Assembly: GCA_943359595.1 (NCBI GenBank)
Contig: CALRIA010000004.1
Location: forward strand, 1 to 40,082
Direction: 5' to 3'
Length of the DNA stretch: 40,082 nucleotides
DNA from: Candidatus Magasanikiibacteriota bacterium
GTDB taxonomy: Bacteria > Patescibacteriota > Patescibacteriia > Magasanikbacterales > GWA2-37-8
Of the stretch, positions 26,065-35,014 are shown one piece after another (position 1 is the stretch's first letter; each line of letters starts with the position of its first letter). The translations under genes were made by a program, and so were the position numbers. The notes below the pieces were generated by a model. It was not told the origin of the DNA, did no database searches, and was given only the letters and a program-made list of their open reading frames with translations.

Positions 26065-27162
26065 CTACCAAATAATAATATATTTTACAACCTTCCAATA
26101 AAAATCCATTAACGGATTGGCAATATTGTCTAGAATCGGATTCTTTATACTAGCTTCATTAAATTCAACCTTGCCAACAAAAGTTTTTATCATTTCTTTA
26201 TCAGATATTTTACGAATACTTTGTATATATGTTCGTTTTTTTAACCACAATTTCCAACTGGATAATTTAAACCAATAAGCATAGGCCTTTAATTTTTCTT
26301 TGACCCAACCTTGTTTGGCGGCGAACAACAATAAACCAACCTCAAGAATTAGCCCCATCGGTAAAAATACTAATAAAGTTGGCCACTTGAAAAACATTAA
26401 CATCACACCCAAACGATTACGTTCGATATAATAAAATTTTATCTGATTACGACCAAAAGAATATTTGTGAAAAAACAAAGAATCAGATGCAACCATTATT
26501 TTATAGCCGGCGATTTTCAAACGAAAACTATATTCAATATCTTCATGATACATAAAAAAATCATGATCCCACAAACCATATTGACGCAATAGATCAGATC
26601 TCATTAAAACTGCTGCCCCACTAGAATAAGAAGTTTCGTAAACTTTTTCTAATTTTATATTATCTTTTTTGACGCGCAAATTATTACAAAAACCTAAACC
26701 TAAATAATGAAAAGAATTACCAGAACTATTTAACGAATCTGTTTCCGGGTAAAGCATTAAAAGTGACTGTACCGCTCCGACTGTTTTATCTTTTTCCATT
26801 ACATCAATCAACGGCTCCAAAAAGTTCGCCGCCACAAAACCATCATTGTTGTGAAAATAAATATAATCAAAACCATTATCCAGCGCCCACTTTATTCCTA
26901 CATTATTTCCACCGGAAAAACCAAGATTTTCTTTTTGAGGTAAAAGTGTAATATGCGGTAATTCGTTTCCAGACAACGACATTACATTTTCTTCCAAATA
27001 TCGCACCGACAAACCATGAATTGGGTGTGGATTGTCTACGACCACAAATTCCACTTTATCTTTTGGGTAAGTCATTTTCTTCAACGCTGATACCACATCG
27101 TCGATATATGGTTCGCAATGAAAAGATAAATAAACGATAGCTACTTTTGGAAATTGATTCAT
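26065..27162 (-). CDS. GT2 glycosyltransferase (rhamnosyltransferase-like)
   Basis: VVVDN, NLGFSGGNNVG, FHNND, SGAAVL, FFMYHEDIEYSFR. Confidence 0.9.
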   Translation of the reverse strand: MNQFPKVAIVYLSFHCEPYIDDVVSALKKMTYPKDKVEFVVVDNPHPIHGLSVRYLEENVMSLSGNELPHITLLPQKENLGFSGGNNVGIKWALDNGFDYIYFHNNDGFVAANFLEPLIDVMEKDKTVGAVQSLLMLYPETDSLNSSGNSFHYLGLGFCNNLRVKKDNIKLEKVYETSYSSGAAVLMRSDLLRQYGLWDHDFFMYHEDIEYSFRLKIAGYKIMVASDSLFFHKYSFGRNQIKFYYIERNRLGVMLMFFKWPTLLVFLPMGLILEVGLLLFAAKQGWVKEKLKAYAYWFKLSSWKLWLKKRTYIQSIRKISDKEMIKTFVGKVEFNEASIKNPILDNIANPLMDFYWKVVKYIIIW

Positions 27163-27165
27163 ATA

Positions 27166-28005
27166 TTAAACAGAATAATATTTATTATTTCCTTTCCACT
27201 TCCAAATATATTTTAACCAACTAACAAAATGAATACGAGCTAATTTATTTTTGAAGAAGGCTTTAAAAATACCTGGCACTTTTGCCGAGTCGCGAGCATG
27301 CGCATGAAAAATTTTAATGTCAGCCAAATAATAAACTGGCCAACCTTTTTCCCACATCCGGCGACACCAATCAGAATCTTCCATATACATAAAATAACGA
27401 TCATCAAAAAAACCCACTTGATCCGTTGCTTCTTTTCGCGCCATCATGACTGAACCCATCACCCAATCTACTGGACGAGTTTCGTTGTGATCAAAGTCTT
27501 TCATTAATAATCGGTCAGAATATTTTTGAATCCAAGCGTATTTTTTATCAAAATTTATTTGCTTTAACGGCTTAATAAAAATTGAAGGAAAATCAAAGCG
27601 ATAACAAGAATATTGTAACGAACCATCCATATTCAAAATTTTTGGTCCAATCATACCAATTTTTGGATGTTCATCCATATATTTTATCATACGTTCAATA
27701 GTATGGAAATTTTCTGGAATAATAGTGTCCGGATTAAGCGTCATATAATAACGAGCTTCCACTTGTGTAAACGCCATATTCAAACCGCGGCCAAAACCAA
27801 CGTTATCACCACAACTAAAATATTGAATGTTGGGAAACTTTTCTTTGAGCGCTTCTTCTACACCATCTTTATTTAATGAATTATCCGCCACAATAATTTT
27901 TACATCATAAGAACAATTCGCAATATCTTTGATAACCGAATCAAGCGCACGTAAAATGTCGTCTTTAGATAAAAAATTTAGAAATACTAGATTGACATCT
28001 TTCAT
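27166..28005 (-). CDS. GT2 glycosyltransferase (WbbL-like)
   Basis: IVADNS, NVGFGRGLN, LNPDT, DWVMGSVMM, FFDDRYFMYMEDSDWCRR. Confidence 0.9.
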   Translation of the reverse strand: MKDVNLVFLNFLSKDDILRALDSVIKDIANCSYDVKIIVADNSLNKDGVEEALKEKFPNIQYFSCGDNVGFGRGLNMAFTQVEARYYMTLNPDTIIPENFHTIERMIKYMDEHPKIGMIGPKILNMDGSLQYSCYRFDFPSIFIKPLKQINFDKKYAWIQKYSDRLLMKDFDHNETRPVDWVMGSVMMARKEATDQVGFFDDRYFMYMEDSDWCRRMWEKGWPVYYLADIKIFHAHARDSAKVPGIFKAFFKNKLARIHFVSWLKYIWKWKGNNKYYSV

Positions 28006-28006
28006 A

Positions 28007-29065
28007 TTAATTCCACCATTTTCTTAAATCTCTCCAACTTATTTTTTTTATTTTGTTAATCTGCACTCGTTTATTTTTTAAATCTACCATTCCCTGCCAT
28101 ACTTCTTTTAAACCAGCCAAAACCTTTCTATCAAAAAATAAAAAGTAAATAAACTTCTTTAATTCATACCATAAAATCCAAGGAAAATCAAGGGTCATAT
28201 TTTGCCAATATTCATTTTTATAGAGCGTGCGCAGATGGTTTTTATAGCTATGGTATTGAACCCATGGTGACTGATTTTTTCTGTTTTGCATTGCCGATCT
28301 ATCATCCATCTCTTTTGGACCAGCACCAGAGCGATCATGGTAAGCGACAGTATCAAGTAAAATAAACGATTTAAAACCAGCTTCTTGCAAACGATAAGAC
28401 AAATCAACATCTTCTTTATAAGCATGATAAAATTCGTCCAAAAATTGACCACCAGTAAAAGCCACCTGAGCAATAATACTACGACGAAACATAGGAAACG
28501 CTCCAGAAGCACCAAAAACTTCTAATGCTGAATTACTATCATTCTCGTAAAAACTTAAATCCGCTTTAATTGTAGCCCAATCCTGTTGAGTATATTGTTC
28601 TATCACTCGACGATTACGAAAAATTTTTAAACCCAACGCATCTATTTGATTGCTAAAACTTTTTTCTAAGCCTTCCGCGCTAATTTTGCTAAAATTCCAT
28701 TTCATTAATCGCGGTGATACCGCCGCCACTTCCTTATTTTTATCTAAAAAATTTACCATATTTTCTAAACAATCTGGCTGTAAATACATATCCTGATTTA
28801 ACAACAAAAAATATTCACTATCGGTATCGCGATAAGCCTGGTTGTGACCGCCAGCAAAACCATTGTTAGACTGATTAATAACCAGTTTATATGGGACAGA
28901 AAAATCTTCTAGCTCTTTTTTAATCAATTCAACTGTATTGTCTTTAGAATCATTATCTACAATATACAAAAACCAATCTTTAATAGATTGTTTACGCAAA
29001 GATTCAAATAAATATGGAATATATTTTTCGCCGTTCCAAACAACAAGATGTACGGATAATTTCAT
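28007..29065 (-). CDS. GT2 glycosyltransferase
   Basis: VVWNGEKYI, VDNDSKD, NNGFAGGHN, LLNQD, YKEDVDLSYRL. Confidence 0.9.
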   Translation of the reverse strand: MKLSVHLVVWNGEKYIPYLFESLRKQSIKDWFLYIVDNDSKDNTVELIKKELEDFSVPYKLVINQSNNGFAGGHNQAYRDTDSEYFLLLNQDMYLQPDCLENMVNFLDKNKEVAAVSPRLMKWNFSKISAEGLEKSFSNQIDALGLKIFRNRRVIEQYTQQDWATIKADLSFYENDSNSALEVFGASGAFPMFRRSIIAQVAFTGGQFLDEFYHAYKEDVDLSYRLQEAGFKSFILLDTVAYHDRSGAGPKEMDDRSAMQNRKNQSPWVQYHSYKNHLRTLYKNEYWQNMTLDFPWILWYELKKFIYFLFFDRKVLAGLKEVWQGMVDLKNKRVQINKIKKISWRDLRKWWN

Positions 29066-29081
29066 TTTGATTCAAATATTA

Positions 29082-30041
29082 TTATTTAACCTCACGACCA
29101 TCAATTTTTAATGCTTCACGACCATTAGCCTGTATATATTCTTGTGATAATTGATATACTAATTCTAAATTAATATCGCATTCTTGTTGTTGTCCATTTT
29201 CACGACGCAAAATTAATTTTACTATTTTTTCCCCTTGAACGTCGTTGAATACTTTTAAATCCCAACTATCTAAAATTTTTAAACTACCGCCAATCTCCGT
29301 CAAAGAATCAAAACCAACAATTTTTTTATTATTTATTTCCCTTTCAATAACATATTTTAAAAATGCCTCAGTCGAAGTCTTATGCCCGGCACTAACCAGA
29401 TCAACTTTGGCACCGCTTTCCATAAAATTTGGCATGTTTATAAAACGATTAATTTTAAAAGCAACAGCAGCAGCGCATTCACGAGGTGACGGAGTATCTT
29501 TGTCAGGGCGTTGATCATCAAAAGTAAGATACCATTCCAAAGCTGGTTCTTCGGCATATTCAGCCACTTCTTCTTGCTGATCTGGAGTTAAATCATCAAA
29601 ATTTATATTACCAAAATGTTCTGAAATATACTTTTGACGAATTGGCTCAGATATATCATCATATTTTTTGTTAAAGTCCGCACTACCTGGCATTGCTGGT
29701 AGAGCAAAAAAAGCATTAAATTTTCCTTTTTGTTTTAAAATTTGTGGGCTTACTTCAGCTCCAGCAAAAGCCTTTTCTAAAGTCTGTCTAGTTCTATCTG
29801 AGGTAGTAGCATAACTTTTATCTATATTTCTACCGGTCAAATTTTTAGCACCAAAATCAAAAGCTCTAGATTCACCTGCCTCAGAAATATTAGCCGACGA
29901 TATTCCGCCAGCATCGGCAGAAAAAACTCTACCAGAGCTTTTTTGGCTATGTCTCAAGAATGTAAATCTAGCCTCTGTGTCTCGCCCAATCTTTTCTTCA
30001 GGACTACGGCTAAAATCTAAACCTGGTTTTCTCTCACTCAT
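29082..30041 (-). CDS. Histidine phosphatase superfamily-like protein
   Basis: FTFLRHSQK (RH[G/S] motif), SDRTRQTL (S...R..QT motif), LVSAGHK (late His motif). Confidence 0.65.
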   Translation of the reverse strand: MSERKPGLDFSRSPEEKIGRDTEARFTFLRHSQKSSGRVFSADAGGISSANISEAGESRAFDFGAKNLTGRNIDKSYATTSDRTRQTLEKAFAGAEVSPQILKQKGKFNAFFALPAMPGSADFNKKYDDISEPIRQKYISEHFGNINFDDLTPDQQEEVAEYAEEPALEWYLTFDDQRPDKDTPSPRECAAAVAFKINRFINMPNFMESGAKVDLVSAGHKTSTEAFLKYVIEREINNKKIVGFDSLTEIGGSLKILDSWDLKVFNDVQGEKIVKLILRRENGQQQECDINLELVYQLSQEYIQANGREALKIDGREVK

Positions 30042-30060
30042 AAAATTAAATAATAAATAA

Positions 30061-31128
30061 TTAAATTATTTCCTCTTCTAAAACCTCTTTAGCAAAAATT
30101 CTTAAACCAAAACTATCTATATATTCTTCAACACTCCCCATCATTTTACCTTGAGGCAACAAACTTTTTAACAACGGCTTATTATGGAAACGATCTACCA
30201 TCGCATCAGTTGGGCGCCAATTAATATCTGCAACATCAAATAATTTTTTGAGTTGATAACACTCTTGAGTAGCCACCATATTTTTTAATTCTTCAAAATT
30301 CTTTTTTCTAATTTCTAAATAAATTTCTTCAGCTTTAACAGCAAATTCCTGAATCAATTGGTCAACCTGATCGCCATTTATTTCTTTACCATCAGCCTCA
30401 ATATAATATTGGCTTAGTCCAGAAATTGGACTACCAGAAGAAGTCACAGTATGACAGCCAACACATAATATTTTCCATTCTACCCCACGATATAAACCAT
30501 AAATTTTTAATGATTTAATAGATGGTAGAAATTTATTATCCCAAATTTCTTTTGGTTGTAAATCTGGAAAATCTCTAATCAACAAAGAACAATCGTTATA
30601 CAAAAATGGTCCATAGGCATCCCAAGCAAAGTCTGTAACCAAATCATTGTACAATCCATGCACCAAAGAACCAGCTGTGGTAATAAGTTTGCCAATCTGT
30701 TTGGCTGCCAAAACATTTCCTTCTTGCCAATTAATTTTTTCTATAATATTTTTAACTTCAATATTAGAAAATAACGGATTAGAAATTAATCCAAAAGGAT
30801 CACTCGGACAAGCTTCCGCCAACATACGAGCAAAAAAATTGGCTACTATTTTGTAATCATTCGCATTTTTTTGTTTCAATCCCATATAACTGGGTATCAA
30901 TTTTTGCAAAATTGCACGCATGCTAGATGGTGTTGGCAATAGTTCTTTGATCTCTGCAAAATGTTTGTTGTCTAGATCCAATTTTTTTATCACCTGTGCA
31001 GTTCTTTCTACCCATAGATCATACCATAAAGGAAAGAAGTGAAAAAAATCTAAAGGTTGAAAAGCATCTATGGTATTACCAGCATAAAGAGAAAAAGAAC
31101 CAACGGCGAAATTTTTAATCCATGGCAT
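30061..31128 (-). CDS. Hypothetical protein of unknown family, coupled to the PEP swivel-domain gene
   Basis: Long soluble ORF. Preferred ATG 31128 overlaps the upstream gene's last 14 nt and follows AAGGAG. No family recognised. Confidence 0.75.
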   Translation of the reverse strand: MPWIKNFAVGSFSLYAGNTIDAFQPLDFFHFFPLWYDLWVERTAQVIKKLDLDNKHFAEIKELLPTPSSMRAILQKLIPSYMGLKQKNANDYKIVANFFARMLAEACPSDPFGLISNPLFSNIEVKNIIEKINWQEGNVLAAKQIGKLITTAGSLVHGLYNDLVTDFAWDAYGPFLYNDCSLLIRDFPDLQPKEIWDNKFLPSIKSLKIYGLYRGVEWKILCVGCHTVTSSGSPISGLSQYYIEADGKEINGDQVDQLIQEFAVKAEEIYLEIRKKNFEELKNMVATQECYQLKKLFDVADINWRPTDAMVDRFHNKPLLKSLLPQGKMMGSVEEYIDSFGLRIFAKEVLEEEII

Positions 31129-31450
31129 ATACTTCTCCTTTCTGGCCATCAACCAAAATAGTCTGGCCATTTTTAATCTTACTGGTACCTATTTTTGTGT
31201 TGACTACGCAAGGAATACCCATTTCACGACTCAATATAGCCGGATGTGAAGTGATCCCTCCTAAATCGCTAACTATAGCAGCAGCTTTAATCATAGCCTG
31301 CACCATCGTAGGATCGGTTAATGTAGTCACCAAAATTTCTCCTTCTTCAAAAGAAGCAAGACTATCTCCTGGCAAAAAAATTCTAGCTTTACCCTGAGCT
31401 ACTCCGGCACTAGCTGGCATTCCACTCACTATAATTTTATTATCTGACAT
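31115..31450 (-). CDS. Stand-alone PEP-utilising enzyme mobile (phospho-His swivel) domain
   Basis: GMPASAGVAQGKAR, GEILVT..TDP, GGITSHPAILSREMGIPCVV (His69), VDGQKGEV; only 111 aa. Confidence 0.9.
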   Translation of the reverse strand: MSDNKIIVSGMPASAGVAQGKARIFLPGDSLASFEEGEILVTTLTDPTMVQAMIKAAAIVSDLGGITSHPAILSREMGIPCVVNTKIGTSKIKNGQTILVDGQKGEVYAMD

Positions 31451-31455
31451 ACAAA

Positions 31456-32307
31456 TTAATTTATAAATTTATCATTTATCCAAGCCATTGCGATACCAAC
31501 TGGTCGCAGTATTGCTATCCATATCCATTTATACCACGGTTCCCATTTTTGAAAATATTGCAACATGCTTTTGGTAAAATTTTTTTGTTTCCAAAGAGTT
31601 GTACGCTGTTTAAAACTTTGACCAATATAATCTATACAAGAAATTACGGGGGTATGGACTACTTTGTAACCAAGTTTTTTCACTTCTCTACAAATATCTA
31701 CATCTTCAAACCAAATAAAATAACGCGGATCAAAGGCAAAACCTAATTTTTCAAAAACTTCACGACGCATGATCATAAATGAACCACGTATTGAATCCAC
31801 TTCTTGTTCTTTGTCAGCGTCAAAACCTTTAAACATATATCTGTTTAGAATACCGGTAAAAATATGTGGCAGTTTCAAAATTATTGCCAGTTGATCAAAA
31901 ATATCAGGAAAACGACGCGGTTGGGCATCCGCATTAAGAATACCATGTTCATCCACCAATCTACAACTTGCCAGACCAACCTCGCCATGCACTTGCATCC
32001 AAGATAACATTTCATCTAAACTACCAACTTGTACACGCATATCTGGATTTAAAAATAACAAAAATTCACCGTCGCTGATTTTAGCCGCCATATTATTAGC
32101 CGCACTGAAACCAATATTTTGTTTGTTTTCAATCAATTTAACCCAAGGATATTTTTCTTTAATAATTTTTATTGTATTGTCCGTCGAACCATTATCTACA
32201 ACAATCTCTTCAAACGAAATACTTTGACAGCCGTTTTTTACGGAATCAATTTGCTCACCAACTAATTTTTCTGAATTCCAAGTAACGGTAATAATTGAAA
32301 GATTCAT
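31456..32307 (-). CDS. GT2 glycosyltransferase (WbbL-like)
   Basis: VVDNGSTD, NIGFSAANN, FLNPD, RGSFMIMRR, FDPRYFIWFEDVDICR. Confidence 0.9.
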   Translation of the reverse strand: MNLSIITVTWNSEKLVGEQIDSVKNGCQSISFEEIVVDNGSTDNTIKIIKEKYPWVKLIENKQNIGFSAANNMAAKISDGEFLLFLNPDMRVQVGSLDEMLSWMQVHGEVGLASCRLVDEHGILNADAQPRRFPDIFDQLAIILKLPHIFTGILNRYMFKGFDADKEQEVDSIRGSFMIMRREVFEKLGFAFDPRYFIWFEDVDICREVKKLGYKVVHTPVISCIDYIGQSFKQRTTLWKQKNFTKSMLQYFQKWEPWYKWIWIAILRPVGIAMAWINDKFIN

Positions 32308-32323
32308 AACTATTCAAAAAAAA

Positions 32324-33394
32324 TTATTTTTTCAATTCATCTTTAAAAAAATCCACAAAAGGAATCGCAGTTGGATTTATCCATTGCAACAAAGCACCAT
32401 AATAGCTAACATAACTTCCAAAAACTAAAGTCTCACAAGCTTGTAAAATTTTGTCTTTTTCTTGAGAAATATATGACCAGTATTTAATTTTATTTTTATC
32501 CAAAACTTTTTTGGTAATATCAAAACGTTTTTGGATATGAACATCGTACAGAGTTGATTCCAACAACACAAATCCTAGATTATTTTTATTACTTTCTGGA
32601 TAAAACATCCCTTCCATCAAATGATGATTAAGTTCAGGAATCAAAAAATATCCAGCAAAACGTTTGGCATTTTCATTGGTTTGGTTGGCAGCAGCATGAG
32701 CATTGCCAGCAAGGTGTTCGGCTCCGATATACCACACGCTTCTATCAAATAAATTTTTGGCCATTTCTTTGGCCAAATTTCTAGCAATATTTACTACACC
32801 AAATTCAGTATTATATTTTTCTAAAACTAAAACAATATTTTTAATATCTTTTGGTGATAATTTTATCAGCCCCGCTTTAGCAAATAAAACCATCTGCCCT
32901 ACTATCGAATAACCCAAACCCATACGTGGCGAACCACAAGGATTGTTGTTAGTTGAAAAAATTAAACCAGGAATTTTTGATGCAGAAGAAAATTTGGCCA
33001 AATCACCACCAGAAGTAATAATGGCCAACTTAGCTTTTCGTTTTTGTGCTTCTTTCATAGCAAATATCGGTTCTTCAGTCGTGCCAGAATAGCTAGAAAC
33101 TAGCACAAAACTATTTTTATCTACATATTCCGGTACATGGTAGCCGTTCACTATTTCTAACGGTGCTGTTAATTTATTAAAAAAAACGGATTTTAAAATA
33201 TTAGCGCCAAGAGTGGATCCACCCATACCAAGCACTACAATATTTTTTGCTTTTTTATAATAAGTGGGAATTTTTATATTTTTAGCACAATACAAAACTT
33301 CTTTCACTTGAGCAGAAAGCAATTCTAAGCTACCAAGCATGTTTTGAGAATCCAATTTTTTAATTTCTTCGATATTATCTAAAATATTATTCAT
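32324..33394 (-). CDS. Bifunctional phosphoglucose/phosphomannose isomerase (SIS-domain PGI/PMI)
   Basis: GMGGSTLG, SYSGTTEEP, SPRMGLGY, NENAK, PELNHH. Confidence 0.87.
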   Translation of the reverse strand: MNNILDNIEEIKKLDSQNMLGSLELLSAQVKEVLYCAKNIKIPTYYKKAKNIVVLGMGGSTLGANILKSVFFNKLTAPLEIVNGYHVPEYVDKNSFVLVSSYSGTTEEPIFAMKEAQKRKAKLAIITSGGDLAKFSSASKIPGLIFSTNNNPCGSPRMGLGYSIVGQMVLFAKAGLIKLSPKDIKNIVLVLEKYNTEFGVVNIARNLAKEMAKNLFDRSVWYIGAEHLAGNAHAAANQTNENAKRFAGYFLIPELNHHLMEGMFYPESNKNNLGFVLLESTLYDVHIQKRFDITKKVLDKNKIKYWSYISQEKDKILQACETLVFGSYVSYYGALLQWINPTAIPFVDFFKDELKK

Positions 33395-33398
33395 AAAA

Positions 33399-34256
33399 TT
33401 AATTTAAATATTCATTTAATGCTTCCTGCCAATTACGCTGAATTGGCAATTTAGTATTTAATAATTCTGAATACATTGGGCGCTTGGCTGATCGAGGAAA
33501 TTTATCACCAGAAACTGGAGTGATGCCAATATTAATTTTTTTAATTTTAAAAATTTCTTTAGCCCATTCATACCAGCTACAAACCCCGCTATTACTGCCG
33601 TGATAAATTCCAAATGGTCTTTCATCCTCGACAACACTGCGGGTCAGTTTTGCTAAATCTGGAGCATACGTAATACAACCTATTTCTTCATCCACCAAAT
33701 CTAGATGAGTTTTTCCGCCTTCAGTAGCTAGCCAAATCATTGTATCAACAAAACTTTTCTTAGCTCCGATACTAGAAGCAGGTTTACCAAATAATTTGGA
33801 TAATCTTATTATATAAAATTTTCCATCAACCTCTAAAGCCTGTTGTTCACCAATCGCTTTGGTTTCTCCATATTTATTTATTGGACTTACCTGATTGTCC
33901 TCTTTGTATCCTTCACCATCACTACCTTTAAAAACATAGTCTGAAGAAAAATGAACAAAAATTGATTCCAGCTCTTTACAAATACCAGCCAAATTCCCTA
34001 CTGCTTCACCATTTATTTTCTTTGCTAATTCAAATACACTTTCATCTTCTTCTATTTTATCCACTGCATTATACGCCACTGCATTTATTACAATATCCGG
34101 ATGCAAATCAGAAATTTTTGAAGCAGCAGCGATAAAATCAGCTATATCCAATTCTTCTTTGTCCCAATCAAAGACTTCGTATTTATGAATAATAAATTCA
34201 CTGACCAATTCTTGGCCAAGCATTCCCTTTGACCCTAATATTAAAACTTTTGGCAT
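33399..34256 (-). CDS. rmlD: dTDP-4-dehydrorhamnose reductase
   Basis: LGSKGMLG, NAVAYNAVD..E, HFSSDYVF, PINKYGETK (YxxxK), AKRPMYSEL. ATG 34256 preferred. Confidence 0.92.
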   Translation of the reverse strand: MPKVLILGSKGMLGQELVSEFIIHKYEVFDWDKEELDIADFIAAASKISDLHPDIVINAVAYNAVDKIEEDESVFELAKKINGEAVGNLAGICKELESIFVHFSSDYVFKGSDGEGYKEDNQVSPINKYGETKAIGEQQALEVDGKFYIIRLSKLFGKPASSIGAKKSFVDTMIWLATEGGKTHLDLVDEEIGCITYAPDLAKLTRSVVEDERPFGIYHGSNSGVCSWYEWAKEIFKIKKINIGITPVSGDKFPRSAKRPMYSELLNTKLPIQRNWQEALNEYLN

Positions 34257-34257
34257 A

Positions 34258-34665
34258 TTATAATTCAGCAACTATTTTTTTATATTCCTCATAATTTACA
34301 ATATAATCACTTCTCTCAGGATTATAATTAGTAGAAGACAAAGCCAACAGAACACAATCTGCAGAGGCGTCTTTAAAACCATGCCACACATAATTATCTA
34401 CCAAAATTCCATCTTCTGGACCATGCATCAATAAATTTTCGATACCATTTCCACAATCAATAACAGCCGTTATTATTCCACGCTGACAAACAAATAACTC
34501 TTGTTCCTGTTTATGACAATGTTGGCCAGTCGGTTTGGTAAAATCAGTAATAAAATAGATACGTTTTACATCCCAATTTATAAAATCTTTCAACTCTACT
34601 GGAGTTAAAGAAACTCCGGTATTTGTAAAAGTCTTAAATTTAAATTGTTTAAAATTTAATTCCAT
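34258..34665 (-). CDS. FdtA/QdtA/WxcM-like cupin (nucleotide-sugar ketoisomerase family)
   Basis: VKRIYFI, TGQHCHK (HxH), VWHGF, LLALSS..Y...SDYIVNYEEY. Confidence 0.8.
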   Translation of the reverse strand: MELNFKQFKFKTFTNTGVSLTPVELKDFINWDVKRIYFITDFTKPTGQHCHKQEQELFVCQRGIITAVIDCGNGIENLLMHGPEDGILVDNYVWHGFKDASADCVLLALSSTNYNPERSDYIVNYEEYKKIVAEL

Positions 34666-34725
34666 ATTATTTAAAATAATTTATGGGGGGGGTGGGCGTT
34701 TTGAACAGACGCCAAAACTGTTTGT

Positions 34726-34962
34726 TCAACGATTCTTGCGCTGCTTTGGAGTAATTTTAGCAGGAAAAAGCGGAACTACACTAGCGGAGTTTCCAAAAGA
34801 TTGGACAGATGGAGACGACGGTTCTGGTTCCTTCCAGTGAGGGCTTAAGGTATAGTTGCCACCGTTAGCATTGCACGAATCACACTCCCGAAAGAACTCT
34901 TGGTTCTTTCCATCATCAATATGTCCAGTGACAAACGAACACCCACAGACGAATCTACTCAT
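34726..34962 (-). CDS. Small Cys-containing orphan protein (78 aa from ATG 34962)
   Basis: MSRFVCGC...ECDSC... preceded by tandem GGAGGT; the region is GC-rich relative to its neighbours. Confidence 0.55.
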   Translation of the reverse strand: MSRFVCGCSFVTGHIDDGKNQEFFRECDSCNANGGNYTLSPHWKEPEPSSPSVQSFGNSASVVPLFPAKITPKQRKNR

Positions 34963-35014
34963 CGCAACCTCCGAACCTCCAATTTTTGCCACGTTCAAAG
35001 AGTGAATTACCCTC

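Noticed and set aside
24938-26098. Longer upstream starts given in the ORF track (also lepA 12131, mraZ 8078, rmlB 36105, rmlD 34271, 31170, 37657)
   Set aside because: The extensions overlap neighbouring genes or promoter elements and precede the family-typical N-terminus; downstream ATGs fit better.
30451-30465. CxxCH (CVGCH) as a c-type heme-binding site
   Set aside because: No signal peptide or TM segment and no cytochrome c maturation genes in view; a single motif can arise by chance. Kept only as a possible metal site.
34258-34665. Calling the cupin rmlC
   Set aside because: Too short, and it lacks the RmlC RGLH/Lys motifs; it matches the FdtA-type HxH instead.
34685-34696. G-quadruplex
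   Set aside because: Too few separated G-tracts for a convincing intramolecular quadruplex.
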